A DNA stretch of 64,000 nt from Christensenellaceae bacterium (GTDB lineage: Bacteria > Bacillota > Clostridia > Christensenellales > Borkfalkiaceae): NCBI GenBank assembly GCA_045614165.1, contig JAZLCK010000004.1:1889-65888 (forward strand), in the 5' to 3' direction. This document shows positions 8,303 through 17,139 of the stretch, one piece after another. The notes under the pieces are model-generated. The model saw nothing but the letters and a program-made list of their open reading frames with translations, searched no databases and was not told where the DNA came from. The translations under genes were made by a program, and so were the position numbers. Positions within the stretch are counted from its first letter, which is position 1, and each line of letters starts with the position of its first letter.

Positions 8303-11300
8303 ATGACAAACAATTTTTTCAAAAAACTTAAAAACAAACTCTTAACGGTTTTATTAGTTCTTTGTCTTGTTTCTACTTGTGCCCTTGGCCTTGTTGCTTG
8401 CGGAACTGATAACACCGAACAAGACCCTACCTATTCTTACACGGATAGCACGACTTCGACTTCTGAAATAGGCAACGTTAACTTTGCTGATGATATCGTT
8501 CTAGATACGGCAACTTTCCCTTCTAGTGCGACTTCTTGGTCTTTATCGACTGATAATTCTGCAACGTCGTCTTCTGTTAGTTCAGGTGTTGTAAACACTT
8601 CGGAAGAAGGTTGGAAAAAGGTTATCGATGCGCTTGGCGAAGACAGAGAGTTTTTAGACTACGTTAAAAAAGACGTTGGCGAACCTAACGACACCGACGA
8701 AACGACTAAGGCAAGACTTAACAAAGACGGATATTTCGTTGCACCCGTTAGAGATGGCGCTACCGATAATTTCGTTTATATGATTAACAACTATCGTGAA
8801 AGCACTTATTACGGAGTTGGTACTGCTCAAAAGGTTGTTTCTTCTAACGTTGTATCTCTTGAAAAAGACAACTACTACAAATTAAGCGTTTTAGTTAACA
8901 CTTACAATTTAAGAAGTATGAACCCTGACATTGAAGATGGTGCCGGTGCTAACATTAGATTAGTAAATACCGTTAACGGCACTTCACAAGGCGACGTTGT
9001 TATTAACAATATAAAAACTAACGGCTGGGAAAGATATACTTTCTTAATTAAAGCAGATGAAACTTATAACTGTACCCTTAACCTTGTATTAGGTCTTGGT
9101 TATGGCAGTGGTGCTACAAACCTTACGAAAAATTACGTTGAAGGCACCGTTTATTTTGATGATATTACTTTTGAAAAAATTGGAAACGAAACTGAATATA
9201 ATAAAGAAATAGAAAACAAAGACGTTGTTTCAAAAACAATCGTATTTGGCGAAAACGACAAACTTGTTATCAATAAAGACAAAAACAGCGCAAACAACCT
9301 ATATTTATATAATATGGAATTAGACACGGCGCTTAATAGTTTCTATACCGACGTTGATTTTACCACTCTTAGCCAAAGCGGTGATGCATTCTTTACTAAG
9401 GCTTTATCTAACCCACAAGACCCAACTGATTACATTACAAGCAAAACCTTATGTGGCGATTCAAGTATAATCAACGTGACTAAAACGAATAGCGAACTTA
9501 AATTAAACCTTACAAAAGCATCTGCTACCGTTAAACTAATTGAAATCCCTGCACTAAATTCTATCAGCGTTGCGGGTGAATCTTACACCATTGTAAACTT
9601 TAAGATTAAAAATGGTTTAAGCAACTTTGGTTCTACCGACATTGCTGTTGACGTTTACGACGTTTTAGATGACGCTAGGGTTAAACAACCTGCGGTTGCT
9701 ACATTCTCTACCCCATCTGATGATTTTGTTGATTGCACGCTATACGTTAAAAACAACTTTGAAGGCGTTAATAGAAAATTCGAAATCGAATTAGTTCTAG
9801 GACCAAGCAAGGTTGCAAGCGTTGAACGTGCTAACGATTTTGCTACGGGCGAAGTTGTTATTAAAAATTTAAGATATCAACAAGATACTATTGAAAGCGA
9901 AAACAATGAAGATTTAAGGGATTTAATTTTAGCAGAACCAAGTGCAACTGTTAGCCTATACGCTGGCTACGGCGCTGATTTCGATGATAGTACGGATACT
10001 GAAAAATACTCTTTCACTTCTGCCCCTGGCAACATTGGTGAAATTGCGCTATATCCTACTAACCCAGCGGGCTACGATGGTGTTGTTTATAATCACGCTT
10101 ACGTTGCCGAAGGCACGGACGTTGAAACTGCTATCAATACTAGGTCAGGCAAAAACGGAACTGCTGGTCTTGTAAACAGCAAATATATTAGAGAAAACAT
10201 CCCTCTAGATGATAGAGCAGAATACGGAATTACACTAGACGACCTTGGCAACCCAGAAGAAGATATTCAACCTTTAATGATTAACAACACTACTGCTAGC
10301 CGTTATGGTTTCGTTGCTAAACAATCAACAACCATTTCTGCTAACGCTATTGCAAGTTTCTCTGTTAAAGTTAGAGTTTTAGGCAATGCCAAAGCGTTTA
10401 TTTATCTTGCTAACTCTGAAATTACTAGCAAAGAAATTTTAACTTTCGACGACTTTACCGTTAATACTGACGTTGTTAAGGGCGTTAACGTTAACGACGA
10501 AATCGTTGGTAGCGAAAGATTGTTCGAAATTATGGTCACCCCTGATATGTGCAACGAAGATGGTTGGGCTACCGTAAGTTTCTATATAGTTAATGGTAAA
10601 AACGATAGACAAGTTCGTTTAGAACTTTGGAACGGTAGTAGATACGATGATAATCTTGCTTCACACGGTATCGTATTCTTTAACGACGTTTCGATTACTG
10701 CTTCTTCGGCGTTTACCAAGAGCGAAAAATGGAACGAAACGTTTAGCGTTGCAGGCAACCCATTATACGAACAAACCTTAGCATCTTACGATAATGGCGA
10801 ACTTTACGCTTACAAGAGAACTCTTACCGAAGACGAACTTAAATTTAACGCTGAATACCCAGACCAAGCAGTTGAATACTACACCACTTACGTTTGGGCT
10901 AAAAACGATTACAGCGTATTCGCTGATTACAGCACGCTTGAAAACACAAAAGAAATCACTAACCCTTACGATTCAATCGAAGAAGAAGAAACTTCATCAG
11001 GTTGTGCTGCAACTACTGACCCATCTACCTTCTGGTTATCGTTCTCTACGATTATTTTAGTTGTTGCTCTTGCTCTTGCGTTTATCGCACTTATCGTTAA
11101 AAACGTTATTAGAAAACGCAAAGCAAACGCTAGCGATGCTAAATCTCACTACAAAGTGACTAGCAGAATTTCTCGTAAACCTGCTACTGACGTTAAAGTA
11201 GAAACCAAAGAAGACGTTAAAGTAGAAGTTAAGGAAGAAACTACCGAAACTACTGAAACTAACGTAGAAGAAACCACTACCGAAACCCAAGTAGAAACCG

Positions 11301-11422
11301 AAACTGAAACAACCGAAGAAACCACCGAAGTTGTTGAAGAAGACAACGGCTACGTTTACGGCGACGTTATTGAAGACTTTACGGTTGAAAACACCGATAC
11401 CGAAAATAACGAAAACAAATAG
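8303..11422 (+). CDS. large surface lipoprotein with two CBM-like beta-sandwich regions, a C-terminal TM helix and a Thr/Glu-rich tail
   Basis: 1039 aa. Signal peptide with lipobox LVAC-G. The regions ...GWERYTFLIKA...VYFDDITFEKI and ...DGWATVSFYIV...RLELWNG...VFFNDVSI resemble carbohydrate-binding modules. C-terminal TM is FWLSFSTIILVVALALAFIALIV-KNVIRKRK, followed by an acidic T/E tail. Confidence 0.8.
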   Translation: MTNNFFKKLKNKLLTVLLVLCLVSTCALGLVACGTDNTEQDPTYSYTDSTTSTSEIGNVNFADDIVLDTATFPSSATSWSLSTDNSATSSSVSSGVVNTSEEGWKKVIDALGEDREFLDYVKKDVGEPNDTDETTKARLNKDGYFVAPVRDGATDNFVYMINNYRESTYYGVGTAQKVVSSNVVSLEKDNYYKLSVLVNTYNLRSMNPDIEDGAGANIRLVNTVNGTSQGDVVINNIKTNGWERYTFLIKADETYNCTLNLVLGLGYGSGATNLTKNYVEGTVYFDDITFEKIGNETEYNKEIENKDVVSKTIVFGENDKLVINKDKNSANNLYLYNMELDTALNSFYTDVDFTTLSQSGDAFFTKALSNPQDPTDYITSKTLCGDSSIINVTKTNSELKLNLTKASATVKLIEIPALNSISVAGESYTIVNFKIKNGLSNFGSTDIAVDVYDVLDDARVKQPAVATFSTPSDDFVDCTLYVKNNFEGVNRKFEIELVLGPSKVASVERANDFATGEVVIKNLRYQQDTIESENNEDLRDLILAEPSATVSLYAGYGADFDDSTDTEKYSFTSAPGNIGEIALYPTNPAGYDGVVYNHAYVAEGTDVETAINTRSGKNGTAGLVNSKYIRENIPLDDRAEYGITLDDLGNPEEDIQPLMINNTTASRYGFVAKQSTTISANAIASFSVKVRVLGNAKAFIYLANSEITSKEILTFDDFTVNTDVVKGVNVNDEIVGSERLFEIMVTPDMCNEDGWATVSFYIVNGKNDRQVRLELWNGSRYDDNLASHGIVFFNDVSITASSAFTKSEKWNETFSVAGNPLYEQTLASYDNGELYAYKRTLTEDELKFNAEYPDQAVEYYTTYVWAKNDYSVFADYSTLENTKEITNPYDSIEEEETSSGCAATTDPSTFWLSFSTIILVVALALAFIALIVKNVIRKRKANASDAKSHYKVTSRISRKPATDVKVETKEDVKVEVKEETTETTETNVEETTTETQVETETETTEETTEVVEEDNGYVYGDVIEDFTVENTDTENNENK
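11189..11345 (+). repeat. low-complexity coding repeat (GAA/ACN-rich, imperfect tandem units)
   Basis: GACGTTAAAGTAGAA occurs twice, followed by iterated ACC/ACT-GAA units encoding VKVE.../ETTETTE...TETETETTEETTE. Confidence 0.7.
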
Positions 11423-11442
11423 TTAGTTTCTAATTAAAACCA

Positions 11443-11474
11443 AAACGGTCTTGCATAAGCAAGGCCGTTTTTTG
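11443..11474 (+). terminator. intrinsic terminator after lipoprotein gene
   Basis: 12-bp stem AAACGGTCTTGC/GCAAGGCCGTTT (one G-U), loop ATAA, then T6. Confidence 0.8.
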
Positions 11475-11510
11475 CATACATTTATTTATCTTTACGCATA
11501 TATATATTAT

Positions 11511-12563
11511 ATGTCTACAATCGTATTAACGGGCGGTGGAACGGCTGGGCATTGCACCCCACACCTTGCTCTACTACCCCATCTTCAAAAAGAATTTGAT
11601 AAAATTTATTATATTGGCAGTTATAACGGCATTGAAAAAGACATTATAGAAAAAGCAGGCATCGAATATTTTGGCGTTTCTACCGTTAAACTTAGGCGTA
11701 AACTATGTTTAGAGAATTTCACTATTCCTTCTAAACTTATAAAAGGCATAAAAGAAAGTGGCAAAATTCTAGACAAACTAAAACCCGATATTATTTTTTC
11801 TAAGGGTGGGTTCGTGGCTTTGCCCGTTGTTATTGCCGGCAAGAAAAGGCGCATACCTATCGTTTGCCACGAAAGCGATTATAGCGTTGGGCTCGCAAAC
11901 AAAATTTCTTCTAAATACTGCGCGCGCGTTTTAACGTCTTTTCCCGAAACGGCAAAAGAAATAAAAAACGGAGAGTTTGTTGGCTCTCCGATTAGAAATT
12001 TTAGTGTAGCAAATAAAGAAGATGCTTTTAAGACTTTCGGTTTTAAGGGCGAAAAACCCGTTTTATTCGTGCTTGGTGGTTCTAGCGGTGCAACGTTTAT
12101 CAACGACCTTTTAGTCGCTTCGTTAGACGAATTATTGCCTAATTTCGATATTATTCATATGGTTGGCAAAAACAACCTAAAAAACATTAAAAGAACGGGC
12201 TACTATGAATGTGAATATTTATCCAATATAGAAAAGGCTTACGCGATTTGTTCGCTCGCGCTTTCACGCGCAGGTTCTAATACCGTGTTTGAATTATTGT
12301 CACTAAATATTCCTTGCCTTCTTATCCCGCTTCCCAAAGGCGTTTCTAGGGGCGACCAAGTGGATAATGCCGAATATTTTGAACGGCTTGGGCTAGTTTA
12401 CGTTTTAGAGCAAAACAAGGCTACAAGGCAAAGTTTAGCCCTTTATTTAAGCGCCGTTTACGCTAATAGGTTTAATCTTAAAAGAAACCTAAAAGAAAAA
12501 AATATTTTAGACGCGTCTTCTAAAATTGTTAAGATTATTGCAGACTTAAAGCAGAAAACATAG
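11511..12563 (+). CDS. murG: undecaprenyldiphospho-muramoylpentapeptide beta-N-acetylglucosaminyltransferase
   Basis: MSTIVLTGGGTAGHCTPHLAL is the MurG N-terminal G-loop. The start is moved to ATG 11511 because the track start (11451) lies inside the upstream terminator. Confidence 0.85.
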   Translation: MSTIVLTGGGTAGHCTPHLALLPHLQKEFDKIYYIGSYNGIEKDIIEKAGIEYFGVSTVKLRRKLCLENFTIPSKLIKGIKESGKILDKLKPDIIFSKGGFVALPVVIAGKKRRIPIVCHESDYSVGLANKISSKYCARVLTSFPETAKEIKNGEFVGSPIRNFSVANKEDAFKTFGFKGEKPVLFVLGGSSGATFINDLLVASLDELLPNFDIIHMVGKNNLKNIKRTGYYECEYLSNIEKAYAICSLALSRAGSNTVFELLSLNIPCLLIPLPKGVSRGDQVDNAEYFERLGLVYVLEQNKATRQSLALYLSAVYANRFNLKRNLKEKNILDASSKIVKIIADLKQKT

Positions 12564-12720
12564 CAGAGAGTTTTCTTTCTCTTTCTATGCAATAACTTTC
12601 AGTCGTCGTTTTATTTAGGGCTACGAACTTTGTGTTTTCATAGCCTTCTTTTCTTATTATCGTTAAGGTTTTATTTCTTTTTCTTAATTTTGCTAATATC
12701 GTGCTTATAAGTTTTTTCAT
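12535..12720 (-). CDS. hypothetical small basic protein (61 aa)
   Basis: SD AAAGGGGAA and an extended -10 (TGCTATTAT) lie upstream on the minus strand. The 3' end overlaps the murG 3' end by 29 nt in antisense. I recognise no family. Confidence 0.3.
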   Translation of the reverse strand: MKKLISTILAKLRKRNKTLTIIRKEGYENTKFVALNKTTTESYCIERERKLSAMFSALSLQ

Positions 12721-12799
12721 AACGTATTCCCCTTTTTCTACATAATAGCATTTTATTTTGCCATACGCTTGTCAACAATTAAAAATTTTATTCAAACGT

Positions 12800-12828
12800 T
12801 TGACAGATTTTGATTATTATTATATTAT
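12800..12828 (+). promoter_or_regulatory. sigma70-type promoter for WYL regulator gene
   Basis: TTGACA (12800-12805), 17-nt spacer, TATTAT (12823-12828). SD AGGAG lies 8 nt before ATG 12851. Confidence 0.6.
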
Positions 12829-12850
12829 GTATTTATTAGGAGATAAAATT

Positions 12851-13780
12851 ATGAAATTTGAAATTATGCTTGGCATTTTATTCGATTTATTGTCGAACAA
12901 ATGTGTGACCGCAAAATATCTTGCTTATAAATACGAAGTGTCTTTGCGCAGTATTTATAGATACATTAACTCCCTAGAACTTGCAGGCGTGCCAATTTAC
13001 ACTAATCGTGGCAAAGGCGGTGGTTTTGCGCTAGTTGACACTTATAAACTTAACTCAACCTTTATGACTGTTGATGAGTTTAACAGCGCAATAAACGCTA
13101 TGTCTGCTATCGCCGATGGAATTAGCGACAAGGTTTTAGAAAGCGCTATAAATAAATTACGCGCAAGTATGAAAAACGAATACACTAGTTTTAACGTAAA
13201 CGGTGGTAGTCTTATTATCGATGGTGGTTCTTGGGGCGATTCTTTGGGGTACAAATCTAAACTACTAATCGTACAAAAAAGTATTGAAGGGTGCAATCAA
13301 CTACTTATAAAATACCACGATAGAAACGGCGAAATAACTGAACGAGTAATTGAGCCACACGTTATTGTTTTTAAGCAAGGGCTTTGGTACGTTTTTGCAT
13401 ACTGCAATTTAAGAAAAGAATTTAGATTATTTAAAACGGGACGTATTCACTCTGCTACTATATTAAAGACCAAATTCATTAAACAAAACGTTGACAAACT
13501 AGACGTACCATTAGATTACTGGAACACTGTTAAAGAAGTTGTAGACGTCACGTTAAAGGTCGAAAAATCAGTTCTATCCGACGTTGAGGAGTGGCTTGGA
13601 ATAGAAACAATAGAAACTATTAACGATGAATTTTACGCCAAAGCAAAACTTCCTATCGACAACGGACTTGTTAGCAAGATTTTAGGGTTTGGAAACGGAA
13701 TTAAAGTTATTTCCCCCGAAATTCTTAAAGACAAGGTGTTAAAAACCGCGCAAGACATTACTGCAATATATAAAAAATAA
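12851..13780 (+). CDS. YafY-family HTH-WYL domain transcriptional regulator
   Basis: N-terminal wHTH (AKYLAYKYEVSLRSIYRYINSLELAGVPIYTNRGKGGGFAL) with a central WYL-type region (VIEPHVIVFKQGLWYVFAYC). The start is set at the SD-preceded ATG 12851, not the track start 12758. Confidence 0.85.
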   Translation: MKFEIMLGILFDLLSNKCVTAKYLAYKYEVSLRSIYRYINSLELAGVPIYTNRGKGGGFALVDTYKLNSTFMTVDEFNSAINAMSAIADGISDKVLESAINKLRASMKNEYTSFNVNGGSLIIDGGSWGDSLGYKSKLLIVQKSIEGCNQLLIKYHDRNGEITERVIEPHVIVFKQGLWYVFAYCNLRKEFRLFKTGRIHSATILKTKFIKQNVDKLDVPLDYWNTVKEVVDVTLKVEKSVLSDVEEWLGIETIETINDEFYAKAKLPIDNGLVSKILGFGNGIKVISPEILKDKVLKTAQDITAIYKK

Positions 13781-13792
13781 TAAAAATAAAAT

Positions 13793-13814
13793 ACGCCACG
13801 GATAACCGTGGCGT
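13793..13814. terminator. bidirectional hairpin terminator
   Basis: ACGCCACGG-ATAA-CCGTGGCGT (9-bp GC-rich stem), T-rich on both flanks. It sits between convergent genes. Confidence 0.7.
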
Positions 13815-13827
13815 TATTGCTTTATAA

Positions 13828-13995
13828 TCACCAATCGTCTTTTGGAGTTAGTTTAATATCGTCGTAAAACTCAAAATATTCTTCTTTTTTAGATTTATTA
13901 CGAAGTTCTTCCCATTCTTCTGGGTAAAAGGCATCTTCTTCCTTAAAGTCTGCTTCGCGCATATAATCGTATTGTGTTTTGTGGTTTTGTGGCAT
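13828..13995 (-). CDS. hypothetical small acidic protein (55 aa)
   Basis: Below the ORF-track size cutoff. Hand translation gives MPQNHKTQYDYMREADFKEEDAFYPEEWEELRNKSKKEEYFEFYDDIKLTPKDDW. SD is AAGGA. It has its own near-consensus promoter and ends at the bidirectional terminator. Confidence 0.45.
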   Translation of the reverse strand: MPQNHKTQYDYMREADFKEEDAFYPEEWEELRNKSKKEEYFEFYDDIKLTPKDDW

Positions 13996-14026
13996 ATTTT
14001 ATATCCTTTTTTGTTTTTACGAATAC

Positions 14027-14055
14027 ATTATAGCAATTATTGTTAAAAATTGCAA
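14027..14055 (-). promoter_or_regulatory. sigma70-type promoter for the 55-aa ORF
   Basis: Minus strand reads TTGCAA (14055-14050), 17-nt spacer, TATAAT (14032-14027). Confidence 0.55.
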
Positions 14056-14079
14056 CAAAATGCTTAACACCAATAAAAA

Positions 14080-14113
14080 AGAAAGAAAAAACCCGTTGCT
14101 ATTGCAACGGGTT
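14080..14113 (-). terminator. intrinsic terminator after rplQ (end of alpha operon)
   Basis: 10-bp stem AACCCGTTGC/GCAACGGGTT, loop TATT, followed by a U-rich run on the minus strand. Confidence 0.8.
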
Positions 14114-14119
14114 TATAAA

Positions 14120-14635
14120 TTAGTCTTTAATCATTTCGATGATTGCTGCTTCTGCTGCGTCACCCTTTCTTGGTCCTAATTTGTAAATTCTGGTATAACC
14201 ACCGCCGTTATTGTTGTTTTCTTCTTTACGAGCGGCGAATTTAGGAGCATATTCGTCAAAAATCTTTTCGATTAAAGGACTCTTAATTGCTCTAACTCTT
14301 TTCTTGAAGTCTGGTTTGCTTTCTTTAAATCCTTTAACTTCTTGAAGGTCGTTAACTAAATTCATAATTTTTCTTCTAGCATTTAATTTTTTAACGCCGT
14401 CTTTAATTAGGGTTTTGGTGGTTTCTTTACCCTTGCTATCAACAACCTTAACTTCGGTTTCGATAGTATCGGTGTAAGTATTTACTGCAAGAGTGATGAT
14501 TTTTGCAACGTAAGATGCAACTTCTTTTGCTCTCGCGTCAGTAGTTTCAATTCTGCCGTGCCATAAAAGCGCAGATGCTTGGTTTTTAATAAGCGCCATT
14601 CTTTTAGTAGCGTTCATTCCTAATTTTCTTGCCAT
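14120..14635 (-). CDS. rplQ: 50S ribosomal protein L17 (long form with internal insertion)
   Basis: MARKLGMNATKRMALIKNQASALLWHGRIETT and the ...GGYTRIYKLGPRKGD ends match L17. It is the last gene after rpoA. It is 171 aa versus about 115-130 for typical L17. Confidence 0.95.
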   Translation of the reverse strand: MARKLGMNATKRMALIKNQASALLWHGRIETTDARAKEVASYVAKIITLAVNTYTDTIETEVKVVDSKGKETTKTLIKDGVKKLNARRKIMNLVNDLQEVKGFKESKPDFKKRVRAIKSPLIEKIFDEYAPKFAARKEENNNNGGGYTRIYKLGPRKGDAAEAAIIEMIKD

Positions 14636-14640
14636 TTTTA

Positions 14641-15594
14641 TTAATCCTCCTTGTCCATAAGTTTAAGGCCATAACTCTCAAGTTTAAGAATAACTTCATC
14701 AAGAGATTTCTTACCTAAATTACGAACTTTAAGCATATCGTCTTCGGTTTTTTTGGTTAAATCTTCAACCGTGTGAATATTTGCTCTCTTTAAGCAGTTG
14801 TATGAACGAACAGATAAATCCATTTCTTCAATGGTCATTTCTAAAATCTTCGTTTTCTTATCTTCTTCTGGTGGTACTAGTATTCCAATATTACCAACTT
14901 CTGATAATGCTACGAACATTTTGATGTGTTCTTCCATAATTTTTGCCGCAAGACTTACGATATCCTTTCCAGAGAAAGCACCGTTCGTCCAAACTTCTAA
15001 TACAAGTTTGTCGAAGTCAACGCTTTGTCCTACACGAGTTGCAGATACGTTATAACTTACTTTTTTAACTGGGGTATAAATGCTGTCGATTGCGATATTA
15101 TCGATAACGTCAACTTTATGTTCGTCAGCGCCTTGATAACCTCTGCCACGTCCAACGGTAAGTTCTACGTCGATAATTCCACCCTCATCAATAGTACAAA
15201 TGTATTGGTCTGGGTTTAATATCTCAATTTCAGCATCGCCCGAAATGTCGCCTGCTTTTACTACGCAAGGACCTTCTTTAACTAATCTTACGTTCTTTTT
15301 GTAATCTTTATCAAGAACAGAAGATTTGATTGCTACGCATTTAAGATTAAGTATGATTTCGGTAACGTCTTCTTTAACTTTTGGAATAGATGAGAATTCG
15401 TGTTTAATACCGAGTTCTTCACTAAACTTAATGTTTTGAATTGCAACACCTGGTAAAGCCGATAATAAAATTCTTCTTAAAGCATTACCAAGAGTTAATC
15501 CGAACCCTTTTTCAAGTGGTTCTACCGTTACTTTTGCATAACTTCTGTCTTCGTTTTCTTCCACTGCTATTTTTGGCATTTCAATTTCCATCAT
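14641..15594 (-). CDS. rpoA: DNA-directed RNA polymerase subunit alpha
   Basis: 317 aa. GFGLTLGNALRRILLS and C-terminal domain SVRSYNCLKRANI. Confidence 0.97.
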   Translation of the reverse strand: MMEIEMPKIAVEENEDRSYAKVTVEPLEKGFGLTLGNALRRILLSALPGVAIQNIKFSEELGIKHEFSSIPKVKEDVTEIILNLKCVAIKSSVLDKDYKKNVRLVKEGPCVVKAGDISGDAEIEILNPDQYICTIDEGGIIDVELTVGRGRGYQGADEHKVDVIDNIAIDSIYTPVKKVSYNVSATRVGQSVDFDKLVLEVWTNGAFSGKDIVSLAAKIMEEHIKMFVALSEVGNIGILVPPEEDKKTKILEMTIEEMDLSVRSYNCLKRANIHTVEDLTKKTEDDMLKVRNLGKKSLDEVILKLESYGLKLMDKED

Positions 15595-15714
15595 AAGAAA
15601 ATATCCTCCTTAAAAAATAGTTTCGATATAGGTCTTAAAAGAATTCTTATTTCGGCGTGGATTTCCGACTTGTCCCCTTTTAAGACCCATCGAATAATTT
15701 TATTTATTTTATCC

Positions 15715-16338
15715 TTATTTTGAATATAATTCGACAATCATATGCTCTTTAATGGTGATGTCGATATCTTCTCTGGTTGGAAGAGCAATAATTTTGCCTT
15801 CTAACGTTTCAGGGTTGAATTCTAACCATTTTGGCATAGCGCCGATTTTCATCGTTTTGATTTCGGTAAAATATTTGTTGTCTTTTTTGCTGTCTTTTAC
15901 CTTAATAACGTCGCCAACTTTTACACAGTAAGATGCGATGTTTACGTTCTTACCATTGATGGTGAAGTGTGCGTGTGTTACTAATTGACGTGCTTGTGAC
16001 CTTGATGAACCGATACCCATTCTGAAAATAACGTTATCAAATCTTCTTTCGAGTAATGATAGCATGTTTTCACCGGTGATACCTTTCATTCTGTCGGCTT
16101 TTTCATAGTATTTTCTGAATTGACCTTCTAAAACACCGTAAATTCTTTTACATTTTTGTTTTTCACGAAGTTGTAAACCGTATTCAGAAATTTTCTTTCT
16201 AGCCATACCGTGTTGACCAGGAGCAACGGGTCTTTTTTCGAAAGCACATACACCCTTAAAGCATCTTTCGCCTTTTAGGAATAATTTAGCGCCTTCACGT
16301 CTGCATAAACGACATTTTGATTCTGTATATTTAGCCAT
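15715..16338 (-). CDS. rpsD: 30S ribosomal protein S4
   Basis: 207 aa. [16 protein letters not shown]... with an S4 RNA-binding domain. Confidence 0.97.
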   Translation of the reverse strand: MAKYTESKCRLCRREGAKLFLKGERCFKGVCAFEKRPVAPGQHGMARKKISEYGLQLREKQKCKRIYGVLEGQFRKYYEKADRMKGITGENMLSLLERRFDNVIFRMGIGSSRSQARQLVTHAHFTINGKNVNIASYCVKVGDVIKVKDSKKDNKYFTEIKTMKIGAMPKWLEFNPETLEGKIIALPTREDIDITIKEHMIVELYSK

Positions 16339-16353
16339 TTTTTACTTCCTCCG

Positions 16354-16746
16354 TTATACTCTACGTTTTTTAGGTGGTCTGCAACCGTTATGTGGGATTG
16401 GAGATACGTCTTGGATAAGAGTTACTTCAATATCACAGTTTGCAATTGCTCTGATTGCTGATTCTCTACCAGCGCCAGGACCTTTAACGTAAACTTCTAC
16501 TTGTCTAACACCCATTTCTCTTGCAACTTTACCAGCTGCTTCGGTTGCCATTTGCGCTGCAAATGGAGTGCTCTTTCTTGAACCTTTGAAACCAAGGCTA
16601 CCTGCACTTGACCAAGAAATAGTGTTTCCTTGCATATCAGTAATGGTTACTAACGTGTTGTTGAAAGATGCTTGAATATGAACTTGACCTTTGTCAACTT
16701 TTCTGGCATCTTTACGTTTTTTAACTACTTTTTTTGCTGCTGCCAT
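16354..16746 (-). CDS. rpsK: 30S ribosomal protein S11
   Basis: 130 aa. [15 protein letters not shown]...[13 protein letters not shown]. Confidence 0.97.
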   Translation of the reverse strand: MAAAKKVVKKRKDARKVDKGQVHIQASFNNTLVTITDMQGNTISWSSAGSLGFKGSRKSTPFAAQMATEAAGKVAREMGVRQVEVYVKGPGAGRESAIRAIANCDIEVTLIQDVSPIPHNGCRPPKKRRV

Positions 16747-16761
16747 TTTTAACTACCTCCC

Positions 16762-17139
16762 TTATCTAGTTGCCGTTTTCTTTTTAGCAACGGTACGGCG
16801 AGGACCTTTTCTAGTTCTCGCATTTCTCTTTGAACTTTGTCCGCGAACGGGAAGGCTCTTTCTGTGACGAACACCACGATAGCAGCCTATTTCGATAAGT
16901 CTTTTAATAGACATACTAACTTCGCTTCTAAGGTCACCTTCGATGCGTAGGTTGTGTTCGATATACTCTCTAAGTTTTGCTACGTCTGCTTCACTTAGGT
17001 CTTTTACTCTAGTGTCTGGGTTAATACCAGTGTCATTGATGATTTTTTTAGAAGTTGTTAAACCGATACCATAGATGTAGGTAAGACCGATTTCAACTCT
17101 CTTGTTGTTTGGCAAATCAACGCCGGCAATACGTGCCAT
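16762..17139 (-). CDS. rpsM: 30S ribosomal protein S13
   Basis: 125 aa. [26 protein letters not shown]. Confidence 0.97.
   Translation of the reverse strand: MARIAGVDLPNNKRVEIGLTYIYGIGLTTSKKIINDTGINPDTRVKDLSEADVAKLREYIEHNLRIEGDLRSEVSMSIKRLIEIGCYRGVRHRKSLPVRGQSSKRNARTRKGPRRTVAKKKTATR

Noticed and set aside
11451-11510. N-terminal extensions of track ORFs. This applies to murG here and also to the WYL regulator (12758), degV (42193), XRE (42302), asp23 (47141), guaB (57147), rpsH (23014), rpsC (26260) and beta-helix C (55368).
   Set aside because: The extensions run through terminators, neighbouring genes or AT-rich promoter DNA. Internal ATGs preceded by good SD sequences match the conserved protein N-termini.
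12851-13780. The WYL-domain regulator as a flag for a neighbouring defence system (BREX, CBASS or CRISPR-type).
   Set aside because: Its neighbours are murG, two tiny ORFs and the ribosomal alpha operon. No nuclease, ATPase, methylase or cyclase genes are adjacent.
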